From Octopus vulgaris (lineage: Eukaryota), in contig OX597826.1 of NCBI GenBank assembly GCA_951406725.2, positions 76,570,001 through 76,634,000 of the forward strand: a stretch of 64,000 bases of DNA, in the 5' to 3' direction. The notes beneath the pieces are model-generated. The model was not told where the DNA came from. It saw nothing but the letters and a program-made list of their open reading frames with translations, and ran no database searches. Position numbers and translations under genes: made by a program. Position 1 is the stretch's first letter. Every line of letters begins with the position of its first letter. This document shows, piece by piece, positions 29,106 through 43,366 of this stretch.

Positions 29106-29194
29106 ATACATATATACATATATATATATATATGCACATACCTATATACATATATATATATATATATACATACAACACACATAGACATGTATGT

Positions 29195-29228
<34 letters not shown>

Positions 29229-29976
29229 GCATGTATGTTTGTATGTGTGTATGTATGGGATCTTAGACGCGTTAAGTATCGAGATGCGAAAGAGCGTAGT
29301 TGCCTCACTGCTTACAATTTACTCGGCGCACTGGGATGGTGAATAAACGATTGGCTGGTTTCCATTGACATTTTGTTCAAGGATTCGACGATGGACAGTT
29401 GAGGATTCCGACAGAACAACAGGGAATTCTTTTATAGGACTGACATCGATTAATTTTCTTCGCGCTGAACAATTTCACATTATTGTTCTTCTTATTGTTA
29501 TTGTTATCATTATTACTTTCTTCATTACTGTCATCAATATCATCATCATCATCATCATCATCACCACAACCGTTACCAACATCACCGTCACTATCATTAT
29601 CATCATCCTCATCGCCGTCACTATTAACATCCTCTTCATCCTCCTCCCTCCTCCTCCTCCTCATCATCATCATCATTATCAGCCTCATTGTTATTGTTAT
29701 AATGTGTGCTATATGTTTCTCCTGAAGCGATGTATTAAATATATTTCCCTTTAATAGCAAATCGTCACATTTTCCCCTCTCACTAACCCTCATTCACTCT
29801 CTCACTCTCTCTCTCTCTTCCTGTGTCACCCTCCAAAATGGCGACTTTACTATTAAAATGGCGACTTCCTCTGATGATTGCCACTGGTTTGTTAACCTCA
29901 TTCTCGTAAAGCCAGTTTGTCTGACTTTTTTTCATGAACCTGTTCTCGCGAAGTTTGCGTGCAAGCAAGTATTTCC

Positions 29977-30056
<80 letters not shown>

Positions 30057-30189
30057 CAGCAGCAGCAGCAGCAATTGTTGCTGCTTGTTAATAATCTCAC
30101 TAAAGTTGTTCTTACTTGTGTTGTTTTGCCGTTAATGTAATTGTTTTCTCGATTTTGCTGCTATATGAAGAGTTCCGCAGGGAAACGGA

Positions 30190-30247
<58 letters not shown>

Positions 30248-30304
30248 GTGTGTGTGTGTGTGTGTGAGTGTGGGTGTATGTGTGTGTGTATGTATGTATA
30301 TATG

Positions 30305-30347
<43 letters not shown>

Positions 30348-30513
30348 GCACATATAGATATATATCTATGAATGTATGTGTGTATGTATGTATGTTTGTG
30401 CGTGTGTGTGTCTATTTGTCTATGTATATGCGCGTGTTCATATGTATGTGTGTGTATAAGTATATTTGTAAGTAAATTTACATTTATGCTTGTCTTTTTC
30501 GTGTATATATAGT

Positions 30514-30563
<50 letters not shown>

Positions 30564-30780
30564 AGCCCTATAAAGAGGAAAATATTCTCATTGAATTGTT
30601 AACTGTGTCACTGGCAACTGTGACATTAAAGTATCGGGGATCTAAACTGAAGATAGGCGCTTTGCTTCGTATCACTAGCGTGAATTATGTAGCCAATCAC
30701 CCAGCAAGCAACCTATCTGATCTAGAAGACGAGAATAGATTTTAAATGTGTTGTCGCATATTATATAATATCTTATATAC

Positions 30781-31395
30781 TAGTACTACTCAAAGTGGTG
30801 ACCCACGGACCGGTGCCGGTCCGTCAACCATCAAATGCCGGTACGCGGCGAGTTTCCAGAAGAAAAAAATCAAAAACAATAGTATAATGTCAGGAATTTC
30901 GCCTTATGCACTGCAGTAAACAATTTATCAACTTATGAAACATTATGTTATTTGCTTACAAAATAAATATGCGATAAAAAAAATCGTCAACTTTTATTAT
31001 ATTCATTATATATATTGTTTCCGGTATAAATTAATATTATGTTGAGGCGCGTGGCTTAGTGGTTAGGGTGTGAGCATCATGATCGTAAGATTGTGGTTTC
31101 GATTCCTGAACCGAGCGACGCGTTGTGTTCTTGAGCAAAACACTTCATTTCACGTTGTTCCAGTCCACTCAGCTGGCAAAAGTGAGTAACTCTGCGATGG
31201 ACTGGCGTCCCGTCCAGCTGGGGAAAACATACGCCATAGAAACCGGGAAACCGGTCTCATGAACCTGGCTAGGCTTTAAAAGGGCGCATTTATTTTTTTA
31301 TAAGTTAATATTACTAAGAAATATTACCGATCCTTGGCACATTGGAAAAAAATAAAACTGCCGGTACACCACATCAGATAATTTGAGAAGCACTG
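30781..31395. mobile_element. hAT (Charlie/MER5-like) MITE interrupted by a SINE
   Basis: Termini tagtactactcaaa ... tttgagaagcactg form an imperfect CAGTG-type TIR; 8-bp TSD not clear. Confidence 0.7.
31040..31299 (+). mobile_element. V-domain-like SINE (family C relative) nested in the hAT MITE
   Basis: TSD ataaattaatatta (31026-31039) / ataagttaatatta (31300-31313). Confidence 0.87.
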
Positions 31396-31656
31396 TTACT
31401 ATGCAACAACAACACTTCTACAAATAATCTTCATCTTCTTGAAATATATAATACGAAACTGCTGTGTTTTCACCCGGTTCTGCACACAAACTAATCATAG
31501 ATGAATCACACAATCAATCTCTTCCCCGTTGCAGCTGAATACTTCACAAATCTACATATGCAAGAAGCAGGTACCAAGTGACCCGTCTCCCGTATTACCG
31601 TGTAACGCCAGGGAGTATCAGATATAGGCATTTATTACATTGTACATAGTGAACAT

Positions 31657-32169
31657 ACTATATATATAAAACTGTAGTTGTGTGAGTGTCTGTCCCCTTC
31701 GATTTAGATTCCTAACTACTCCCACATTTTGCGGTGCAGTTTAACCAAATTCGGGTATCTTATAGTCGTGATTCATATCGAGCCCGTCTGAGTATTAGCG
31801 CGCGTCTACGATGAGTCTACGAATTTAAAAATAATTTAACATCATTTTCTATTCCATTTTAATGCATAATTTTTCGTGTGTCGATGGCGGCAGAGTTGGC
31901 GTCCATGGTCACACCTGCACCTGTTTGCTTCTCCCCTTTCTTCCCTCCCTCGTGAAGCTGTGGGGAAGGGAGTGTAAGGAAATCAACGTCGTAAAGCGTT
32001 GTCAAGGAGACCAGCGTTCTTTTAGAACAACGACTTCATGGCTTGAAGACACCAAAACAGAAATGGCTAAGAAAGCCCGAATTGGCATCTATAAGGGAAG
32101 TAACTCTCTAAAAATGCTTATATAGTTATTTCCCTTACAAACCCGAGCAACGCCGGGCGATACTGCTAG
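31657..32169 (+). mobile_element. Non-autonomous Helitron with alternative internal segment
   Basis: Shares 5' and 3' parts with 20860-21258; ends with hairpin 32142-32157 and CTAG 32166-32169. Confidence 0.88.
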
Positions 32170-32526
32170 TCTTTATATATAAAAGTGAGGTTGTGTGCTG
32201 TCTGTCTCCTACGATTTAGATTCCTAACTACTCCCACATTTAGCGGTGCAGTTTAACCAAAACCGGGTATCTTATAGTCGTGATTCATATCGAGCCCTTC
32301 TGGGTATTAGCGCGCGTCTACGATGAGTCTACGATTTAAAAAAATATTACCATCAATTTTTCCCATTTTTTAATGCATTTTTGGCATATATAAGGGAAGT
32401 TACTCTCTAAAAATATATTATTAAATCTCAGAACGTAAAAAGCTACAGTAACATTCCAACCTTTGTGGTTAGCCATATTGAGATGGCTATTATACTTTAC
32501 ATCTCTAAAAATGCTTATATAGTTAC
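32170..32526 (+). mobile_element. Second Helitron copy, directly abutting, 3'-truncated
   Basis: Starts TCTTTATATATAAAAG immediately after CTAG; collinear with 20860-21258(-). Confidence 0.88.
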
Positions 32527-32974
32527 CTCATTTCCCCTTGTTATGCCCACACCATTTTACTATGCTGTACTTCACTTATATTCTTGAGTTTGCTCTTTCC
32601 CTTATCCTTATTGTTATTTTTATTCTACTCTATTTAAAAGGGTAAATTTAAAGGGATAAATACACCCCAGCTATTCTTAACTGACTTTTATATGTGTTAG
32701 CCCTCACCCCACTAACCACTCAGACCCTCTGAAAAAGCCTAGGGTCACAACCATTATCCAAGTCTTGTCTGCTCGTCCCTGAATAACCCTGAAGTTATAG
32801 GGATAACCTGGAAGATTTCGTTGCCTCTTGGCAGAAACGGCCGTAAGGAACAAGTACCTGTATGCCCATTTAGTTTTTTGCCAATTTGCTCACTTGATCC
32901 TATATGCTTATATGTATTCACACCCTTGTTTATGCAGCTACCAGTTTTTTCCACTCGCTAATCTGTACCACTCA

Positions 32975-33335
32975 TACAGGTGTAGACAACAAACAGATGT
33001 ATAGTTTAACGCTCGGGAAGTGAAACGTCTTTAACGTTTCGAGCCTAAGCTCTTCCACAGAAAAGAACTCAGAAAGAAACAAGGACAGAAAATAAAGAGA
33101 GATAATAGAGAATATATATATATATGAATATAAAGTTAATCCAAACAAGAAAGCACAAAAACACACAACAACGCGAGGACGTGGAACAAATATAGCATTA
33201 TTGGACGCTCAGGAAAGAAGGAGGGTTTAACGTTTCGAGCGGAGCTCTTCGTCGGAAACATAGGAGAAGGAAAGATCTAGAGAAGGGAAGACAGAGGAAA
33301 AAAAAAATCGCCAACGGTACACACGCGGTCACATT
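32975..33335 (-). mobile_element. Two adjacent short PLE-like relics, each with a minimal hammerhead-like motif
   Basis: Minus strand: cttttCTGTGGAAgagcttaggctcGAAACGTTaaag (33029-33064) and gtttCCGACGAAgagctccgctcGAAACGTTaaac (33225-33259). Confidence 0.6.
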
Positions 33336-33392
33336 ATATATGAATATACCCTTTATATATGTACCTGATAATATATATATATATATATATAT

Positions 33393-33556
33393 AGGCGCGG
33401 GAGTGGTTGTGTGATACGAAGCTTACTTACAAACCACATGGCTCCGAGTTCAGTCCCGCGGCGTGACACCTTACGTAAGTATCTTCTACTATAGCCACAG
33501 GCTGACCAAAACCATGTGAGTGGATTTGGTAGACGGAAATTGAAAGGAGCCCGTTG

Positions 33557-33590
<34 letters not shown>

Positions 33591-33825
33591 TGTATGTATG
33601 TATGTATGTGTGTGTGTGTGTATGTGTGTGTGTGTTTGTGTTTGTTCCCCTCCATCGCTTGATAACCGATGTTGGTGTGTTTACATCCTCGTAACTTAGC
33701 GGTTCGGCGAAATACACCGATAGAATAAGAACCATGCTTACAAAGAATAAGTCATGGAGTCGATTTGTTCTACTAAAAGCAGTGCTCCAGCATAGCCGCA
33801 GTCAAATGACTGAAACAAGCAACTA
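33393..33825 (+). mobile_element. SINE-A
   Basis: Family similarity. Confidence 0.88.
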
Positions 33826-33837
33826 AAAAGAATATAT

Positions 33838-33912
<75 letters not shown>

Positions 33913-34168
33913 TCATGCATAGGCATCTATATATGTAGAAATGTTGTGTCTGCTTATATGAATATATTGCGTTACATATATATTTATGCGTGTGTACACC
34001 TGTAATTAATATCTGTATGTGCGAGTGTCAGTTCGTTGGGCAGGTGTGATTATAACAACGAAGAACCTTGTTTTTCATTGTTTCCATTCAACGAAGAATA
34101 CAATAGAAGAATAAGGAATTGCCACTACTGATCCGATTGGACCATACCGAATCATATATATATATATA

Positions 34169-34217
<49 letters not shown>

Positions 34218-34238
34218 ATGTATGTATGTATATATGTA

Positions 34239-34271
<33 letters not shown>

Positions 34272-34278
34272 ATATGTA

Positions 34279-34352
<74 letters not shown>

Positions 34353-35401
34353 CACATATATATATACATACATTCATACGTACATATATATATATGCTGA
34401 GAGGTGTGGAGAAGTGTGGCGTATACTTATCTATGTATATTCTTCCGAATTTTATACGATAACTCTTTCCAAGTAACCACTTGTGTTTGAATGAGTCTTT
34501 TTTCTCCCGAAGCGCACACGCTGTTGCGGAGATGGTTCATAGTATTTCAAGCTAAAATCGTTTCGTGAAGAAGGAGTGAGGAAATTTGCACATTATAGCT
34601 TTGTTTTCTAAACAACTATTGTCATTTCTATTTTAAGCGAGATCGAAAGGGACACGTAGAGAAAACAGTTCTAAGAAAGAGAACAGCTATGAAGAGAGAT
34701 CTGAATAGAAGATAGAAGATAGAGAGAAAAGGATAGACAGAAGACCACGGAGGGAAACTAATTTAGAGAGGATAAGAAAAGAGAGAGGGAGAGAGAATGA
34801 GAGAGAAAGGAGAAAAAGGGAGATAAGTAGATCGAGACAGAGGGAGTGTGAAAAAAAGCGATTGGTGGTGATAGCAAGAGACAGGTTTCCGGAAATGAAA
34901 TGTGGTTTTCTGAATTGTATCTCAAGGGGTAGACAAGAATAGGCAATATCTTAATTGAAAATCCGGTTTAATAATATCGATCGGTTAACTATGGAGACGG
35001 GGATGTAGAGTTGTGGAGCTGCAGTTTGGGGCAAAGGTATATGGGGGTCGGAGGAGTTTGTAGGATGTGGGGTGAGGGTAAGAGTTAGATGGGTCTTGTT
35101 TCTATATGACCCCTACGTAGACATAATATGAGAATTCTTCGCTTCACTGGTGTAGTTTTGAGTTTAGGGGATACAAACTTATATACATAAAAACATATAT
35201 ACATACATACACACACACACACATAAAATACACACACATATATATATATAAACACACACACATATATATATATACATATATACATATACGCATAATTATA
35301 TATGTATGCGTGTATATATATATATACATATATATAATATACATATACATTCATACATACACACACACGCACACACACACACATACACACACACCCACAC
35401 C

Positions 35402-35441
<40 letters not shown>

Positions 35442-35467
35442 CATATATACATATATATATATAAATC

Positions 35468-35509
<42 letters not shown>

Positions 35510-36631
35510 ATCATTTATATATATATAAATATACACGCACACACAAAGAGAAAAAGGGGATTGATGTATACACAAATGGATGAAGTTAGATGTTGAAATT
35601 TAACGAATGTGTAATCATATAAATCATACGCGAACACACGCATTTCTTATTTTCATTTACGTGTGTGTATATATGTATGTATGTTGTGTGTGTGTGTGTG
35701 TGTGTGTGTGTTTGTATATTTGTGTCTGCTTACAAGCGAGAAAAGTGTTCTATAATGCGTAGGTAAGTGCGCATAGGTGTGAAGCTTGTATGCTTTTAGA
35801 GTCTAAAGTATAAACCTGAAAGGAATTTCATCAGTTGCTTCATAAAGTGTGCAACTCTGAAACTCAGGAAGAACCAAACGAATAAAGAACAGACAAGAAA
35901 AGAAGGGAAAAAATGCAATCAATTCTTCGATTGTTGGCCGAGTACCCAAAGGTTAGTGAAGTTTGTGTTTTCCTGTTGTTATTTTTGGGATAGCAATGAA
36001 GTCAAAAAGGAGATCGTTAGGAGCCACTTCAACCAATGAGGAATTGTTTTGAAAGATATCCAGACACTCTTGTAAAATATGAAAAATCACTCATTCTCCC
36101 TTTCTTTTCCTCTCTCATTCTCTCATCGACATTTCTCTCCCTATCTCAATCGTGTTCTTTCTGCCTGTCTACTTCTCTTTATCTCTCTAAACCTTTACTG
36201 CTCTCTCTTTCTCACTCTCTTCTGTTTTTCACACTGTGTAGGTTCTTATATTTCTTCACTATTTCCTCCTCGCTTGGTCTTTCAGGAGAAATTCCTCCCA
36301 AACTTATTTGACAGCTGCTTCTGTTAAAAAGACAAATTAATTAAATAGAAAGATTTAAATTGGAAGTATAATGGCGAGAGATGAAACCAGATGAAACCAG
36401 ACGGAAGCAGGTGGTCTGGCCCGGTCAAATATCGGTCATTTGAGATGGTACTTGAAAATTTGGGCGATGACTTTTGTTAAGTTATGAAGAAATTTACCTT
36501 TTTCTTTTCAGAAAATGATCATGAAGTCTTCTGGAAAATCTAAAAACTTATTTAAACATGGCTGTATGATGAAGAATTGTGGTTCGCAACTACATGGTTC
36601 TGTGTTCGATTCTGCCAATGTGAGAGATTAA

Positions 36632-36850
36632 CCCTTTAGTATTTAAACCGGCCATATCTGGCCAAAATAACTAATCTGTTTTATGTTCAAACTGACCAGA
36701 TCCAGGCTCTCACACCTACCCTACAATGTTATTCTACATTAAATAATTACACCATCAAGATCTTGAAGATATGAGGTAATGCATGATTAATTCAAATCAA
36801 TGGGAATCAATAAGCATTATGTTTGATAGAATAATCTGAACACTAAAGGG
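36632..36850. mobile_element. piggyBac-type MITE
   Basis: TTAA|CCCTTTAGTATTTA ... TGAACACTAAAGGG|TTAA: TIRs starting CCC with TTAA TSD. Confidence 0.85.
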
Positions 36851-37037
36851 TTAAATATACAGAACCCCTGACAAGGGCGCAAACTGAGGAACTACACAAA
36901 AAAATACTTCTGTACATTTCTTAACTCTGAAGCACTTCGTAATAACTAAAACTGTCAAAAGCTTCTATCATAAATATTAAAAAAAAAAAAATAAATAAGA
37001 AAAGAATTACTACTATGGTGATGGAACAATTTCTTAA

Positions 37038-37362
37038 AGCACTCCGTCGGTTACGACGATGAGGGTTCCGGTTGATCCGAATCAACGGAACAGCCTGCTC
37101 GTGAAATTAACGTGTAAGTGGCTGAGCACTCCACAGACACGTGTACCCTTAACGTAGTTCTCGGGGATATTCAGCGTGACACAGAGAGTGACAAGGCCGG
37201 CCCTTTGAAATACAGGTACAACAGAAACAGGAAGTAAGAGTGAGAGAAAGTTGTGTGGTGAAAGAGTACAGCAGGGATCACCACCATCCCCTGCCGGAGC
37301 CTCGTGGAGCTTTTAGGTGTTTTCGCTCAATAAACACTCACAACGCCCGGTCTGGGAATCGA
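37038..37362 (-). mobile_element. SINE family C, long-tail variant (5'-truncated)
   Basis: Shares gcgttgtgagtgtttattgagcgaaaacacctaaa... body with 26117 and 38016 but has a different 3' half. Confidence 0.85.
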
Positions 37363-37869
37363 AAATTTGCATATTTATTGTCGTTACTTCCGACACATTC
37401 GAACGTAAATATGCTAACCATTGTTGTGTCTGTCACAGGAGAAGAGCTTCTTGTTTAAGACGACTTTGTTTTTATAATACATTCGCTTCATTAGAGCAAG
37501 GAATTCTGGGAGACAGGCATTTCAACACATGTTTCATCAGTCAGAAATACTCGGAGTAACGAATCTGACCAAAGCTGATGGTCTTCCTTATAATTTCACC
37601 CAGCAAAGTTTTTGCTGATTCTTGACCATGTCTTCCAACCGATAAATTAAAAATTATTTGTACTATTAAGGGGGATACTTGCATATTTCTTCTGAATACG
37701 TTCCAATTTATTACCGTATACTTTTTTTTAAATCTAAAATATATTTCATATTTTACACTAATACAGCTTGCATCGAACAATTCCATATCGAATTTGTAAA
37801 TTAGACGTCATCGTTTTTAGCATGACAAATTCTAGATATGCATACATACACATGGACACATACGTCCAC

Positions 37870-37903
<34 letters not shown>

Positions 37904-38015
37904 TTAAAGTATATTCCGTTGGGAACGCAGCGGAGTCCAGTATAGAGCTCGCTTACTCTTAGAATTATCGAAAAGTCGGTAGTATTACGATATATTGCCA
38001 GTCTAGATTTGATTT

Positions 38016-38390
38016 TGTGGAGGCGCAATGGCCCAGCGGTTAGGGCAGCGGACTCACGGTCGGAGGATCGTGATTTCGATTCCTAGACCGGGCGTTGTGT
38101 GTGTTTATTGAGCGAAAACATCTAAAGCTCCACGAGGATCCGGCAGGGGGTGGGGGTGGCGACCCCTGTTGTACTCTTGCGCTCCATCTTTCTCTCACTC
38201 TTTCTTCCTGTTTCTTGTCCCCGACTTCCTACGCAACCGCTGAGCCTGGATGCGCATTCATCCATCCGTCGATGCTCTCGGTGTCGGGGGTTGACCTGCT
38301 TTCTCTTCTGCGGGTCTTACGAATAGCAAAGGACCACGATTCGGAATTCTCCCAATGCGAACTCTGGGACGAAGACCGTTTCGCTCAAGA
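38016..38390 (+). mobile_element. SINE family C, third tail variant ending in (CAA/CAG)n
   Basis: Head tgtggaggcgcaatggcccagcggttagggcagcggactc; diverges from other copies after ...cttcctgtttct. Confidence 0.8.
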
Positions 38391-39566
38391 GCAACAGCAG
38401 CAGCAACAACACATGCAACAGCAGCAGCAGCAGCAGCAACAACAACAATGGATGATCCACTACATGGTTGATCGATCTCCTAGAAATAACAACCAAATTT
38501 CATTCAAATCAAATAATACTCCCTTAAAAATGGATCAACTATATTAGCTAAGGTATTCCCACTGAATCGAAAACGAAGTGATGGTTACGGATGGATGGCC
38601 TTGGGCTATATCATGACTGACCTAGTGTTAAAGACCAACAGCATCGGCTCTGGCAACAGACCACCACCACCTCCACCACAACCACTACCACCTCCACTAC
38701 CACCACCTACAACAACACCATTAACATTATAAATATTACCAACAACACCTCTATCTATACCACCACCACCATTTACAACAACAACAGCAAGATAAAAACA
38801 CGCCCACTAATAACATTGCCAACACCTTTCTCTCATCACCAGGACAACCGGCACCAACACCATTAATAGCAGAAACACCACCAAACACGAACATTACCAA
38901 TATCACCATCACCACCATCACTATCATCACCATCACGGAGACCGCATCTATCATCAACAATACCACCACCGCCAAAACCACCACCACCACCACCACCACC
39001 ACCACAACCACCACCACAACCACCAACACCATTACCACCACCACCTTGCTCATTTCCCCTCTCCGTCACATTGTAATTCTATGATGCATCTGTTCTGTCA
39101 GAAGGCAAATTAGCGGTGCCAGTCATTTCGTCAATGGCACCGCCAAAAAAGATAAAAAATGGAATACAATCGCCTTGTGTGACGTCAGTCTTAAAGCTGC
39201 TCAAGTCTTGGATGTTGTTGCTTGAAGATCAATCTTCAGCATGGACTCTTCCGGTTAAGGGTTGACATTGGATGGCGATTTTCTTGTTAGTGGTGGAAGG
39301 GGTGGTGGGAGACGGTGATTGCAATAGTGGCACGAGCGCCGGCGTCGATGTATGAATGTGTGCGAATGTATTCGTATAAGCCAGTGTATATTTATGAAAG
39401 TTTGTATACATTTTTGGATTTTATGTTCCCAATGTATTGAATAGCATTCATTTCTTCTTCCTGAGCTCGCACACACACACACACGCATGTGTGCGCACTT
39501 ACATAAACGCACCTATCACTTACATACAGAGACGGTCGTGTTGCATTAATATATATCGATAGATAG

Positions 39567-39621
<55 letters not shown>

Positions 39622-39631
39622 GTATATGTAT

Positions 39632-39662
<31 letters not shown>

Positions 39663-39768
39663 CATATATATATATGTAAATGTATATATATATACATAAT
39701 CATATATATATATATATATATATATATAGATATACATACACACACACACACTCACACACATATATATA

Positions 39769-40335
39769 CGAGATCTGATCAATAAGTATCCGGACTGTTG
39801 CTGTTGCCATAATAACATAGCTAAAGCACACAGAGTGAAGCAGCTTCGCAAAGATTGGGCTTGAACTCTGCTGCGCATGCGCACTGATTTTTAACGTTCT
39901 AGCTGTCTTCCGCGGTTGACAGCAATGGCTGGAAATAACTTGTGTAGCGTGTGATCGTCGCATTTATCCTGACACAGAAAGTTGTCATTGCGATACCTGC
40001 TCAGAGGTCTACGCAAAGCTGCAGAAAGTGTGTGGAGGGGAGTGTTTGAGCCGCACGCAAGTGTACGAGTGTTTCACACGTTTCCAAGATGGCCGAAAAA
40101 TGTCGACAGTGATTAACGTTTTGGGAGACCCGCAACCAGGAGAACTGAGATAAAAAAAACCTAGGTGTGGGTGCAGCTGTGAAGAGAAATCGTCGAATCA
40201 CCCATCCGTGATTTAGCAGAGGATGTGCAGATTAGTTACGGTTCAGTTCAGTCCATTATCACTGAAGATTTGGGTATGAGACTCGTGTCTGCCAAGTTTG
40301 TGCCAAAACTGCTTTCAGCTGGCTAAAATGACACT
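39769..40335 (+). mobile_element. Mariner transposon relic (left TIR and N-terminal transposase pseudogene)
   Basis: TA|CGAGATCTGATCAATAAGTATCCGGAC end; frameshifted EVYAKLQKV..LSRTQVYECFTRFQDGR..GRP..RRIT.RDLAEDVQISYGSVQSIITEDLGMRLVSAKFVPKLL (HTH plus WVPHEL-equivalent). Confidence 0.92.
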
Positions 40336-40535
40336 CAACGGTGTTTTTATAACGTCTATTGTCATAATAGTCGATGAGAATGCATCACAGCTCTTAGCTC
40401 CGTCATTTGAAACTCTGAGTCCTATTATGACAACTTACTAATTGTCCTAAACTATACATATATAAATTCCTCTATTTACCTAATATCGAGGTCTCATTCT
40501 TTAGTTGTCATTTTATTATTATTATCATTTATTAA

Positions 40536-40592
<57 letters not shown>

Positions 40593-40604
40593 TACTACTA
40601 TTAC

Positions 40605-40658
<54 letters not shown>

Positions 40659-40660
40659 CA

Positions 40661-40694
<34 letters not shown>

Positions 40695-40697
<3 letters not shown>

Positions 40698-40905
40698 TAG
40701 TTTTATTTTTATAGCGTGCTTTCACTTCACTACCGAGCGCAGCTCTGTGTGCCTTGGGTATGTGCTGTGATTTGTTGTGATGCTCTGATGGTTATTGTAT
40801 GGAAAGTGTTCTGCGTAGGATGTGTGCAGTGCCTAGTAGTGCAATTTTCTGTATGTTATATGTGTTTGTATATCCTGGTGTTTTTGTTATGTATTTGTCT
40901 GAATA

Positions 40906-40908
<3 letters not shown>
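40695..40908 (-). mobile_element. R4/Dong-clade LINE 3' fragment inside a (TAA)n array
   Basis: Minus strand KYSDKYITKTPGYTNTYNIQKIALLGTAHILRRTLSIQ* (stop 40792-40794); TAA repeats on both sides. Confidence 0.85.
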
Positions 40909-40981
<73 letters not shown>

Positions 40982-41060
40982 GTTATTATTATTATGATTA
41001 TTACTATTATATTATTATTATTATTATTATGATTATGATTATTATTATTATTATTATAAC

Positions 41061-41094
<34 letters not shown>

Positions 41095-41131
41095 ACTATT
41101 ATTATTATTATTATTATTGTTATTATTATTA

Positions 41132-41221
<90 letters not shown>

Positions 41222-41879
41222 GTATGTATGACGGGTATCGTTCAGTTTCTGTCTACCAAACTAACAAGAATTTGGTTAGATGGATCTGTAGGAGAGAACA
41301 CTTGCTGAATGTGCTGCGCAGTGGAACTGAACCTCAGACCATGTTGTCTGGAATCCACCTTGTTAACCACACAGCCATTCCGGCACCTAATCTAATTTCA
41401 ATATGCGTGGCATGGCGATCGAGAAAAGGCTTCAACCTCACAACATCCACTTGTCATCTCTCTTCTATAAGATCTTCACCTTGGGCTTCTATAAGTAATC
41501 GATATCGGTAATTAGTTTTCAATATATTTATCGCAGTAAAAAAACCGTTTCAATTTTGGATCATGAATCTGCTGCTTCGTATGGAAATCACCTGCGATGC
41601 CTCGGGGTTCAACACTGAAATCTCACAAACTATCGAATCACAGAGGAAATCAAAGTAAATGATAATTCTGCTATTTTCTTTAAAAATGAAATTTCCTCGA
41701 ATAAAGTGGATTCCCTTTTGAATCTATCTCACAACAGTTTATGTTGGTAATGCCCCAGGGAAAGACATAAGCTTCACAGGTTCCATTTTCACTGCGACTT
41801 CAACATCTCTATTTTATTACATATGTACTATCATTCAGGCAAACATGAACACATGTATGTAGTATATAATGTATAGATA

Positions 41880-41975
<96 letters not shown>

Positions 41976-41990
41976 TATAATGTGTGTGTG

Positions 41991-42037
<47 letters not shown>

Positions 42038-42066
42038 ATATATAAATATATATATACATATGTATA

Positions 42067-42117
<51 letters not shown>

Positions 42118-42119
<2 letters not shown>

Positions 42120-42266
42120 CTTTATTCATAAAGCTGCAAAGACATCACAAAAACTGTTAGTTACTCAGAGTTTCGCATTCCCGTTCGTCAGACAAATCGA
42201 TGTACAAATCGTGAAAATCCGAGTAACAGTTTTTATGATGTCTTTGCAGCTTTATGAATAAAGTAC
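42118..42266. repeat. Foldback (inverted repeat, ~40-bp arms) enclosing a hammerhead-like motif
   Basis: tactttattcataaagctgcaaagacatcacaaaaactgtt versus aacagtttttatgatgtctttgcagctttatgaataaagta. Confidence 0.85.
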
Positions 42267-42357
42267 ATTACTCTACCTCCGGTACTCGAGTACAAGTTTT
42301 TTTTACACCTTGTTTCACATTTACGTCCTTACTCTGATGTGTATATATACATGTATG

Positions 42358-42432
<75 letters not shown>

Positions 42433-42589
42433 ATATATATATATACATACATATATATGTATATACTTCAACTTAAGTACCTAACTCAGCTGAATCTCAG
42501 TTATATATATATATATATAATAATATACGATGTCATTAATTCTATTATTATATATATATATACATACATATATGTTTATATATATGAGA

Positions 42590-42651
<62 letters not shown>

Positions 42652-43366
42652 ATGTATCTATATACATACTTACATATATGTATGTGAGTGTGTATGTATG
42701 TATGTATGTATGTATGTATGTATGTATGTATGTATGTATGTATGTATGTATGTATGTATGTCTGTATGCATGTATGTAAAGTCCGAAAATGATTTAGGAA
42801 CCGAGGGTTTCGTGCGTTTCACTTAGAAAAGTAAATTCTTAAAAATCCGACCAGAAAGGTCCATTGGAGAGTCAACGTTTGCGTTTCGAAATCCGTCCGT
42901 TACTCAAACAATTAAAAGAAGCAATACTAAACGAAATATATTAATAAATAACAACGTAAAATACCTATAAATACACGCATACATACTCATACACATAAAC
43001 ATACATACATATATACTTACATGCATCCATATATACATACACATATCATTGTCAACTATCAACAGTCTATCCTTTTTGCTATTATTCTTTCCTTCATATC
43101 CGTTCTTCTCTTGCTTTCTTACCAACACTTATTTTCGTTTCGTCCATTCCAGCTCTTTCTTATTTTTGCACGACCCTTGCCTCACTTTCACTCAGTATCC
43201 ACAATTACCTTACCTTCTCTCACAAATACGTAACGGGTGACCATCCTTTTTCATAAACTGCCCATCATTTTTCTCTTGACCGTTCGTTTTGGTCAGTTTT
43301 CTGTATTTTTTTTTTGTTCCAGCACCTGTCAGATTTTAAATTTACTTACATCTCATTTCCAAATTT

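Noticed and set aside
32775-32850. Partial hammerhead (tgcc-tctt-ggca-GAA-acggccgt-A)
   Set aside because: No CUGANGA box adjacent to stem II; too incomplete to call.
38016-38090. tRNA-like sequences (also the heads of SINE-A, -B and -C)
   Set aside because: They continue into SINE bodies without a proper acceptor stem or terminator, so they are not tRNA genes.
38391-38448. Poly-Gln stretch in ORF 38095-38547
   Set aside because: It is the simple-repeat tail of a SINE, and the ORF is SINE-derived.
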